From Octopus sinensis (Eukaryota), in NCBI RefSeq assembly GCF_006345805.1, contig NC_042999.1, forward strand, positions 37,138,001 to 37,202,000: a DNA stretch of 64,000 bases, given 5' to 3'. The notes under the pieces were generated by a model. It searched no databases. It was not told the DNA's origin and saw nothing but the letters and a program-made list of their open reading frames with translations. Shown piece after piece: positions 52,975-64,000 of this stretch. Every line of letters begins with the position of its first letter. Position 1 is the first letter of the stretch. Made by a program: the position numbers and the translations under genes.

Positions 52975-55048
52975 TGCATATATAGTTTGTTGACCACTCC
53001 TCCGAAGACAATTAGAATATATATATATATATATATATATAAGAAAAATATTGTTGATAGTGACTTCGAAGTTTCAGCCAGTTAAGTCATCGTTGGGCTT
53101 CGATGCTTTGAAGTTAATCTTGCCTTTATATAGTCTCTTTTGAGTTAAAATCCATCTTGGATTTGAGTGTTTGACTAGAGTGGTAATTAGGTTTCTGGAG
53201 TGGGTTGTTATAGAGAGATGTTTTGATGAAACTTTTATTAATTAAATTTAGGGTTATACTATTGTTTAGAATTTATTCATGATTGTGGGCAGGTGTTTGT
53301 CTTTTGTTAGGTAGGCACCGGATATGTTGGTTTTATTAAATTTAATCCTTTGTTTTGATAATGTAAAGGTCAATAGTACAAGGTCTAGTACTTAAGCTCT
53401 TAATAATTGGGTGTGTCAATCTTTTTTTTTCACAAAAGAGTGTAAGTAGGAGTTAAGTTTCGGTCAATCAGTTCTTTTTACTTGTTGTTATTTGGGGTAT
53501 TTCTTGTTTTCATTTGAAGATAGGAGTTATTAGTCAGATATGTCATGGTGTTGTTAGTATAGAAAATTATTTCTCTGGTGCTTTGATGTTCACGAATGCA
53601 TTTGGGTATATGTATGACTGTGTGTTACTCTCTCGATGTTCAGTGTCCTATCAACAATTTGAATAGTATATAGAGATTTTAACCCTTGTGTTTTATGGAG
53701 ATAGAGCTTGATTGCTGTTTGTTTATAAATATTTCGGATCTAGTCAAACTGATTCGCAAAATATGCATTTTTAAAAGGAAGTGAAAAATTTGAAAATCGG
53801 CTATAATAATGTAGTTTTCCAGTCTTATTGTTATGAAGGTATCATGTTGTGGAGACAAAATTGGAGGAAAAAGTTACAGAGGTTTAAGAATCGAATAAAC
53901 TGTAGCCAAATTTTCTGCGTTTAGCGGAGTGGTGTCAACTTTAAGGTTGTATCCTATGAAATTTATAGTTTAGCGTCTGTGAAATGACCTGTTCATTGTA
54001 GGTTTCTTAATAAACAGAAATACCTAATAAAATGAACATGTATCTTCTTACTGTTTCTGTTGTCTCTTCATTGATTGTACGTTATTATCATTTAAAAAAA
54101 ATTGTTATATTAATATATTTGTCTGCATGTCTTTACTTTATGCGTATTTCAGTATTATGTATACCTGCCATGTATTTGTATTAAAGGAAAGGAAATTAAA
54201 AAATTAATAAACAAACAACTGGAAGCGATACTTATCGTAAAAGGTACAGTCCAAACCCGTGGGCTAAATTTCAGTTAAGCTGTTGAAATGTGAAGCTAAC
54301 GGCTTAAGAAATACTGCTAATTTAAATGTTTATGAATAATTTAAATGTTTATTATCCTAGTGAAATCATAAATCCAGCTGAGTCAATGAATCTCTGAAGC
54401 TTGGCAATACTGAGTCGATGAGTCACCAATGCTTTGTTAGTACTGTGTTTGAAGTACAGGTGTGCGGTTGTGTACTAAGTTCACATTCCATTCACCTTCA
54501 TAACGCCAAGAAACTGCATAAACATCGCAAACAACTTTTGCTATATATGAAAAATATGCAGAATATTAAGACAATTGACGAAAAAATCTATAATAAAATT
54601 CTAATTGATAAAAATAAATTTTTTATTAAAACAAAACACGCGGGTGAAGTAAATCTCGTGGTGTGAAACATCAACACAACATGCGGGTGAAGTGAAACAC
54701 AACACAACGTGCGGTTGTCATGGTAACAAGCTGTTAATGCCACGCTGTCTGTTGGTTGGCTAAAATTACCCAAATATCCCAACTTTAGTTTTAAATAACA
54801 TAAAATTTTTAATTTACGAAGTAATTGGTTGATCGTAATCAAAATTCAGAGTTGCTTCGATACACCAAAATTGAAAGCAATCTGAGAAAAATTAAAGGGA
54901 TGGGGATGGGGGTGGGGGGCATTTTGCGAATGAAACTAACCAGATCCAATATGTCTTCAGTTCTGTTGTAGATGGATGGGAGAGTCATGGAAGGTTTGTA
55001 TATATTCATGTATAAAAATGGGAATAAAAATAAAAATAAACATTTAAT

Positions 55049-55096
<48 letters not shown>

Positions 55097-55788
55097 AAGG
55101 GAGTCTTCCACTTTGCTTGTATACAGATATATACTTTTTATGTGTGCATGTTGGTTTGTGTGGTTACATTAAAAAATCTTTTTGGAGATTTTGGTTGGCG
55201 ATAGGAAAACTTCTAGTCATTTTCTAGAGTAATTTCTTAGTGTAAAGCTGTTTTTTTGTTGATATTGTGGGAATAGTTTGTGGTGTAGGTTGATGGAGGG
55301 GAGTTGATGAGATATTAACAGGTTTAGCCATTAGAAAAGATTTTGGGTTTAAAGTGTTTTAGTGTTTGTAAGATTTTGTGCTTGCACGAAGAGAAAAGTC
55401 CGTTTAAATTCAGAATTTAGTCTGTAACTCAGAGTTACAACTGTGATGTTGTTGGTAAAACATGTTCTTTGTCTATCTCCTTATCCTCTTGGTGATTTTG
55501 GACAAAAAAAATTATACAAATGAGTCCTTCGAATTTAACTAAATTCTATATTTTTATGCAGCTGAGGATTGCTCTACATTTTAAATTGATGTAATGTTTG
55601 CATTGTTCAATTAAATGGAGTCGCATGAAACGATCGTACTGCATTACCTCTGGATATCCTTGTTGCTTATTTTGATTATAATCAAATTATTTTAAATTAT
55701 ATGGATAATACCATACTAAATTCTGGTGCCTTCAACTTAAGTACCATATTCATCTGAATCTAAATTTTACTGAACTTATATATATATA

Positions 55789-56299
55789 TCTATATATATA
55801 AAACTGTAGTTGTGTGAGTGTCTGTCCCCTTCGATTTAGATTCCTAACTACTCCCACATTTTGCGGTGCAGTTTAACCAAATTCGGGTATCTTATAGTCG
55901 TGATTCATATCGAGCCCGTCTGAGTATTAGCGCGCGTCTACGATGAGTCTACGATTTTAAAAATAATTTAACATAATTTTTTATTCCATTTTAATGCATA
56001 ATTTTTCGTGTGTCGATGGCGGCGGAGTTGGCGTCCATGGTCACACTTGCACCTGTTTGCTTCTCCCCCTTCTTCCCTCCCTCGTGAAGCTGTGGGGAAG
56101 GGAGTGTAAGGAATCAACGTCGTAAAGCGTTGTCAAGGAGACCAGCGTTCTTTTAGAACAACGACTTCATGGCTTGAAGACACCAAAACAGAAATGGCTA
56201 AGAAAGCCCGAATTGGCATCTATAAGGGAAGTAACTCTCTAAAAATGCTTATATAGTTATTTCCCTCACAAACCCGAGCAACGCCGGGCGATACTGCTA

Positions 56300-56300
<1 letters not shown>
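55789..56300 (+). mobile_element. Non-autonomous Helitron in a (TA)n tract
   Basis: A|TC...CTAG|T; the last ~70 bp are nearly identical to the 14573-14947 element. Confidence 0.85.
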
Positions 56301-56348
<48 letters not shown>

Positions 56349-56352
<4 letters not shown>

Positions 56353-58193
56353 ACATGACCCGCAAAATTTTACAACACAGTCAAAAATCCAAGTTTACAT
56401 ATAGTGAGTTAACGCACGTTAATGAAACTTCTACCCTTTATGAAGTTTTTTGTAATAAATTCAATGCAACAAGTAGAATTACATAATAATGAATGGAAAA
56501 AAAATTATATGGAAAAAAGTTGAAATTCAAAACGTAAAAGTTTACAACACATTTCTACAATCAAATCACTATTTAGTTGCATAACCCTTGTTGATGATGA
56601 TGAGAGCTTGCAGTCTCCTAAATACTTTTTAAATGTGATGGGCTTATTTTACCCATTCTTTTACACAAATTCTTTTCAGTTCTTGTAACGGTTTGTTTTT
56701 GAACTCTGAGTTTCAATTCTTTCTTCAAATTTTCGATTGCATTAAGGTCCGGAGATTGACTTGGACTTTCCAGAACATTAATCCCGTTTGTTTTCAGCCA
56801 ACTTTTGGTCAGCTTTGCTGTGTGCTTTGAATCATTATTATGTGGAAAGGCTTATCCTTGCTCCAAGTTTTGGAAGCGAGCATTAGGTATTACACATCTC
56901 TCTAAAATCCCCTTATATTTTTTGCTATCTATTGTTTCTTCGAATATTTCCATTCTTCCAACACCTGATGAGCAAAAACAAGCTCTTACCATTACTGATC
57001 CACCTCCGAATTTGACTGTAGGGATAATATTCTTTGACGCGTATTCCGTGTCATTCTTTCTACAAACCTTGTTGATCGAATTTCTGCGGAAAAAACTCGA
57101 TCTTGCTTTCGTCAGACCAAAGTACGTTTTTCCATTATGTTGCCGGTTCATTTAGATGTGTTTTTTCAAAGGCCAAACGAGCTTTGACATGACGTTTCGC
57201 AAACAATGAGGTCTTGGAGAACAAGAAAAGAGATCATAACGATGAAGTGATCTACTAATTGTATCTTTTCTCACATGTACTTCACATGTTTCCAGGTCTT
57301 CCTGCAGCTCCTTGAGTGTGTTTGTGTTCTATTACTAGCTGTTCTTGTAAGCTTTCTTGCTGTAGCTCTGCTAACTTACGTGAGCAACCGGAGCGGACTA
57401 GAGGGAGAATGGAATTGCGAGATTTACAGTTACGTATTATTGTACCTGTGGAGGCGCGTGGCTTAGTGGTTAGGGTGTCAGCATCATGATCGTAAGATTG
57501 TGGTTTCGATTCCTGGACCGGGCGATGCGTTGTGTTCTTGAGCAAAATACTTCATTTCACGTTGCTCCAATCCACTCAGCTGGCAAAAATGAGTAACGCT
57601 GCGATGGACTGGCGTCCCGTCCAGCTGGGGAACACATACGCCATAGAAATCAGGAAACTGGGCCCATGAGCCTGGCGAGGCTTTAAAAGGGCACATTTAT
57701 TTATTTATTTATTTATTATTTTACCTACTGAACTCAGGAGCACATTAAACTGTGCAGAGATCTTTCTGTGCCTACTGCCACTCTTATGAAGATTAACTAT
57801 ATACCCATGGAGGTGTGGACTAATTTATTCTTACCCATGATGATGATGATGTTCACTCTACAGTGATTCTGTCAGAACTGATGTAGTGGCTATAAATACT
57901 CACAAACGAAACTTCCTGAACCTTCTAGAACACTGTAGGTATTCTGGAAAAAAATTTATTCAAAATATCTGGAAAATTATTCAATTGAGTTAAACGTGTT
58001 GTAAACTTTTGCGTTTCGAATTTCAGTTCTATTATATAAAAATTTTTTCCGTTCATTGTTTTGTAATTCTGCTTGTTGCATTGAATTTATTACAAAAACC
58101 TTCATATATGTAGGAAATTTCATTAACCTGCGTTAACTCAATATATGTAAATTTGGATTTTTGATTGTGTGTTGTAAACTTTTGCGAGTACTG
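56349..58193 (-). mobile_element. Tc1-like (DD34E) transposon with ~200-bp IR/DR termini, degenerate
   Basis: TIRs at ~56349-56551 and ~57996-58193, each with aaaagtttacaacac-like repeats at both ends, TA flanks. Transposase ~57838-56568 with PTVKFGGGSVMV and [14 protein letters not shown]. Confidence 0.88.
57448..57713 (+). mobile_element. tRNA-derived SINE family C inside the Tc1 element
   Basis: Head tggcttagtggttagg...ggtttcgattcc, (TTTA)n tail, TSD tattattgtacct/tattattttacct. Confidence 0.85.
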
Positions 58194-58296
58194 TAAACGT
58201 TTATATATGTATATAAGTCTCTCTTTCTTTCTTTATATATATATATATATATATACCAGCTGGGGGGAACACATGCGCCACAGAAACAGGGAAACG

Positions 58297-58600
58297 TCGC
58301 CCTTTTCAAGTATAGCCAGGCTCATGGGCCCGGTTTCCCTGTTTCTGTGGCGCATGTGTTCCCCCCAGCTGGATGGGACGCCAGTCCATTGCAGCGTTAC
58401 TCAAGAAGCAGGAAGAGAGAGAGTGAAAGAAAGTTGTGGCGAAAGAGTACAACAGGGGTCACCACCATCTCCTGCCGGAGCTTCGTGGAGCTAAGGTGTT
58501 TTTGCTCAATAAACACACACAACGCCCGGTCTGGGAATAGAAACCGCGATCCTCCGACCACGAATCCGCTGCCCTAACCACTGGGCCATTGCGCCTCCAC
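58297..58600 (-). mobile_element. SINE family B2
   Basis: B head with a C-type tail. Confidence 0.85.
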
Positions 58601-59214
58601 ATATATATATATATAAATATGCGCGCGCGCATATAGACATATATATGCGCGCCCGAGCGTCTCTGTATATATGTATGTATAAATATCACTAGTTGTTTTG
58701 CAATATTCTTGATGGAAAAATCATATGCTGAAACCGGTGTGGTATCTTAGGAGGGTCATTTGGCCTATATGAAACACGCGAATCGGTCTCTTTTGCTGCT
58801 TTTTATTATTATGAAACAGCTAGTTTACTAATTAACCAAATGGTTAATCAAATAACTTGGTTAATTTTTCGATCAGGCCTGAAGGAATGAGAGCGTGTCA
58901 TTGATGAAGTCACGAATGGCATCGAAAGGACTCTGCTAAATCAAGTGATTAAGAAGCAATCGATTAATTAGATGTTAATTAGTTAACTAGCTGCGTAATA
59001 ATTTAAAAAAAGAGAAGTGAAATTGAGCCAGCACATATGTTTTATTGTAAAAATGACCTTCCCAAAATACAAGAACGCACACAAACACACACACACACAC
59101 ACCACACACACACACAATTCACATACGCACACACACGCACTCACACATATACACGGACACACATATTTACATATATGCATACACAAATGTATGCGTATAT
59201 ACAAGAGGAGTAGG

Positions 59215-59290
<76 letters not shown>

Positions 59291-59431
59291 TATGCATATA
59301 CAAATGCATAAATTACAGAAATAAGAATGCGTATAATTTTTAACTTACCCTCGTACATATATATGTATATATATATATTAACAAGGAGAGTGGAAATTGA
59401 TATATATATATATATATTTGAAATATATATA

Positions 59432-59676
59432 TACTCTTTTACTCTTTTACTCTTTTACTTGTTTCAGTCATTTGACTGTGACCATGCTGGAGCACCGCCT
59501 TTAGTCGAGCAAATCGACCCCGGGACTTATTCTTTGTAAGCCCAGTACTTATTCTATTGGTCTCTTTTGCCGAACCGCTAATTGACGGCGACGTAAACAC
59601 ACCAGCATCGGTTGTCAAGCAATGCTAGGGGGACAAACACAGACACAAAAACGCACACACACACACACACACACAT

Positions 59677-59715
<39 letters not shown>

Positions 59716-59879
59716 CGACAGGCTTCTTTCAGTTTCCGTCTACCAAATCCACTCATAAGGCATTGGTCGGCCCGGTGCTATAGCAGAAGACACTTGCCCA
59801 AGATGCCACGCAGTGGGACTGAACCCGCAACTATGTGGTTGGTTAGCAAGCTACATACCACACAGCCACTCCTGCGCCT
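59432..59879 (-). mobile_element. SINE family A (young subfamily)
   Basis: Full length with (GTAAAAGA)n tail. Confidence 0.9.
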
Positions 59880-59935
59880 ATATGTATATATATTTGTATA
59901 TACACACATACATACATAAATGCATACATACATAC

Positions 59936-59988
<53 letters not shown>

Positions 59989-60032
59989 AGAGAGTGAAAG
60001 AGAGAGAGAGGGAGAAAGAGAGAGAGAGAGAA

Positions 60033-60102
<70 letters not shown>

Positions 60103-60522
60103 GTGTGAATGTGAAAGTGTGTGCGAATACGCAAGCGCGTATGCCGGATAATCTGTGAGAATTATTGCTGGAAGTTGTATTATCTTAATAAATGTTTCAT
60201 AAAGCAATTAAAACGTTTTCGCACGTTGGGAATCTTCTCACAAACATATGTATTTTGTTTATCAATTAGCTGAAAATTCTAGTGCTTCCGCTTGGAAAAT
60301 ATCACACAGACGAGTAGGAGTGATCAGCCAATGTTTGTTTATAGTCCGCAAAAGCACAGCAAAATGTAAGACAAAAGTTGTGCACGTGTGAGGGCTGATG
60401 TGCTCGGGTGGTTAAAAATGGGTTCAGTTCTAGTTTGTGTATTTTGTGTGTTTCTTCCATCATAATCTCAACGAGTGAAACTTAGGAGACAGAAACGAAA
60501 CTAGGTGAAAAAGCAATCTTTT

Positions 60523-60624
<102 letters not shown>

Positions 60625-60785
60625 CATACGTATGTATGTATGTATATATGTATGTATGTATGCATGCATGTATGTATGTCTTACACCGTGGGATACTCTC
60701 AACACCTAACCGATTGTATCGCATCATGAAGCATTGCCCGTCAGCTTTGTATATACATACATACATACATACATACATACATACA

Positions 60786-60821
<36 letters not shown>

Positions 60822-61384
60822 TATATATTATATTTGTGTGTACACATGTTTTTATGTGGCTCAAGAAGTACAAACTCTACCCTCTATTCTTTCCAACGAC
60901 TCCGTGAGCGCTATATTATTTGTATAACGTGGAAAATATTCCATCAACATTGCCCTAATGATGTTGCATCAGCTTTAAAATTCACCCTACGCTTGGTCTC
61001 CGCCCCATCCGCCCTCTACAAAAATCATGTTCGTGTTACATTACAAGACTTAATAGACAGAACTGTTTCATCTCGCCTGGCCCTACTCCCCTTAACATCA
61101 CGTCCGAACATCATATCAAGAAAAAGACCTCATAACATTCAAACGGTTACTAGACGAATCCATCCAGCAAATTCAGGATAAAACACCTACACCCGGATAT
61201 ATCTCCGTAAATCATAACTCTTTACTCGAATGGGCCATGACACCCAAAGTATGATCGTAGCATGAAACGTAATAAAATGTTTTTTTTTTCCAGTTGGAGC
61301 AGTTAGGTTAGTCATGGCCTAGGCTAGTTCTAGCCAACACCTATCTAAGTATTTAAGTATCTAAGTATACATATATAATATGTA

Positions 61385-61820
61385 TACGTTCTGAGTTCAA
61401 ATTCCGCCGAGGTCGACTTTGCCTTTCATCCTTTCGGGGTCGATAAATTGAGTACCAGTTACGCACTGGGGTCGATGCAATCGACTTGATTCGTTTGTCT
61501 GTCCTTGTTTGTCCCCTCTGTGTTTAGACCCTTGTGGGTAGTAAAGAAATATATATAATATTCAGAGGGCTCAAAGCAAACATTCCAGGAATGGTACCAA
61601 ATATTGGTTTAAAATTTTGGCACAAGGCCAGCAACGTCGGGAAGGGGTTAAGTTGATTACATCGACCGCAGTGTTCAACTGGTACTTACTTTATCGACGC
61701 TGAAAGGATGAAAGGTAAAATCGTCCTTGGTGGAATTTGAATTTAGAATGTAAAGACGGACGAAATGCTGCTAAACATTTTGCCCGGCGTGCTAACGATT
61801 CTGCCAGCTCGTCGCCCTGT
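61385..61820. mobile_element. Two SINE D copies (61385-61550 plus; 61605-61820 minus)
   Basis: Core similarity to the D copies. Confidence 0.8.
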
Positions 61821-62008
61821 TGGTACCAAATATTAAACACACTCATTGCTGCTCACATTGAGGATCATTGGCAGCAAGAAACATGCCAGGAAAATTGTAC
61901 GAAGACCACATTGGAGAAGGCAATGAAAGTAGATAATGTTATACAAATTCATCTTTTAAACTATCGTATTTTTAGTGATTTTTTTTGTGAGGATATATAC
62001 AGGGTCTA

Positions 62009-62562
62009 TGTTGTGGAGAGAGTACGACACCCTCTGATGAGAATAGACGGGACCATTACATATAAACAGTAGCGGTCTGACGTAGTTAGTAGTTCGTAGT
62101 TTGGTCTTCGAAGTCCTAGTATCGTTTACAGTTCGAGTTAGTGTGTTGGAAATATTGATTGTGGGTTCGTAAAAGATTGTTGGTTCGTTGAGTGTTAGTC
62201 ACTGCCATTGTTATATCTTGTATTGTTATAACGCTGCTACAGTGTATTCTTTTTCTATCATCGACAATAACAATTGTACTACGATATTGGAGGCGTAAGG
62301 ATATAACATCTGGCGGAAGGATATAACGAGTCGACGATAGGTTATTTGATAATTTGTGCGTCATAAAAGTTGTTAATTTATGGAGAACCTATTAGCTTCA
62401 GTAACACAACTTCAAGAAAAGCAACAGGAACGACTACAGAAGTTGCAGAAGCAAATATTACAGCAACAACAACAACAGCAGTCAACTGAGTTACAGTCAA
62501 GGAAGTCCGAAAGTTCAGTTACGTCAGAAGGCGCGGCAAACTCGATTTCTGAATTCACTTAG
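62009..62562 (+). mobile_element. Gypsy (Mag-like) 5' LTR, PBS and gag start, truncated
   Basis: TGTTGTG...GATATAACA (62009-62308) has the same termini as the 5289 element, followed by tggcg. Gag start MENLLASVTQLQEKQQ...AANSISEFT parallels MEELLKAV..QQ..ANSFEEF. Confidence 0.7.
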
Positions 62563-63760
62563 GTTCTCCATAAATTAACAACTGGAGCTGTTACAGAAAT
62601 ACAATGTTGATTTTCTGGTTGGATCAAAGTTAAAAGGTACAAATGAAGCTGCTCAGAGGTGTGACCGAGGAACTTCATTGGATTTTTCATTTTCATTTTC
62701 ATCTCATCTTGTTTACATACGTTTTTTGCATTTTTCTTTTTTCTTTGTTTTGTAAGTGCCAGTTACGCACCGGGATCGACGTAATCGACTTAATCCCTTT
62801 GTCTGTCCTTGTTTGTCCCCTCTGTGTTTATCCCTCTGTGAGCAATAAAGAAATAAATATAATAAAAGAATAGGATTTACTTACTGAGACCTTGACTGCA
62901 ATAGAACAAACATTAAGGGATAAAACTTAATTAGATACGTCATAGAGAGTTTTACTCATATTTGCCGTCATACGTATTTCTAAAGAGTTGTCTAGCGGGT
63001 TGAATAACGAAACGGGTTAAGGATATTTACTTTATCGTAGTTTCTCTGGGCGATTTGATTTTCAGTGGTTCATTTACTGATTGTCAAACGGACGGATTTA
63101 AAACTATTTATAGTCAGCATACTGAGATATTTTGAAAATGTAAGTAAATAATATTTATTTGGTTGGTTAAATGTTTCATAACAGAATTTAGAACAAAAGA
63201 AAGAAATAGATTATATTTTCGCTATATTTTCACATGCGAGAATTAATTTTAGACTCACTCCTGTCTGTGTTTGTCATTAGATATTGGCCTTTAAAGTTTC
63301 AAATGCAGTATTAACCAAAGTCACGCGGGTTCTTTTTTCTTTTTTCCCTTTCCACAAAAGTGGAACTTACACACACACACACACACACACCACACACACA
63401 CACACACACATGCCTTTATATATATGTGTGTGTATACATACATGTACTGTATACATGTGTGTATACATATATATGTATATATATGTATACACACAACACA
63501 TACATACATAATGTATGTATGTATGTATGTATGTATGTATGTATGTATGTATGTATGTATGTATGTATGTATATATTTAATTATTGTTAAATTTAGATCC
63601 CATGGAAAAATCACGTAAACCAGGACTCCCCAGCAACTAGCGAGCAGGTCAGTTCCGGGCCGCAGAGAGATAATAAATTTTAGAATTTAATTTCTGTTTT
63701 ATTGACTAACGCACTGTGCAGGGTGTTTTTGCATTACACACACGCACACACACACACACG

Positions 63761-63800
<40 letters not shown>

Positions 63801-63803
63801 CAC

Positions 63804-63843
<40 letters not shown>

Positions 63844-63907
63844 GATTATGTACGTATGTATGGAATACATTTTTGTTGATCTTACCCCCACAGAACAGTA
63901 CATTATC

Positions 63908-64000
63908 TATCTATCCATATATATATAAAGATGAGAATATCTGCCTGTATGTCTGTCTGTGTGAATCCCTAAAACTTGTGAACTACACAACCAATTTCAT
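63908..64000 (+). mobile_element. Possible Helitron 5' end running off the window
   Basis: tc..tatatataaa followed by a (GTCT)/(GT) tract and caaccaatttc, like the starts at 14573, 55789 and ~31940. Confidence 0.4.

Noticed and set aside
53040-53760. Possible Penelope GIY-YIG remnant on the minus strand (..CIREHQ..)
   Set aside because: Too fragmented to support without a translated search.
60860-61181. Non-repetitive part of the 181-aa ORF
   Set aside because: No splice context or recognisable motif; possibly a decayed LINE.

Overview
Eukaryotic, AT-rich and repeat-saturated DNA. The microsatellite load, tRNA-SINE families and TTAGGG motifs suggest a coleoid cephalopod such as Octopus (inference). 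The only host gene I can support is the 3' end of BMS1 (last two coding exons, 810-1705). The remaining ~62 kb holds at least five SINE families, decayed Tc1/mariner, Tigger, Gypsy, RTE and Helitron elements, a Merlin-like MITE and microsatellites. Nearly all ORFs in the supplied track are microsatellite or SINE artefacts. The most notable signal is a set of non-coding fold-back repeats carrying minimal type I hammerhead ribozymes with palindromic stem III: a U3-A8 covariant pair at 38.1/38.5 kb and a canonical plus C3-A8 pair at 50.7 kb, resembling Penelope pLTRs or retrozymes. Other oddities are a 105-bp TSD, a heterodimeric SINE insertion and a chimeric MITE copy. All coordinates were read by eye; ends of decayed repeats are approximate.
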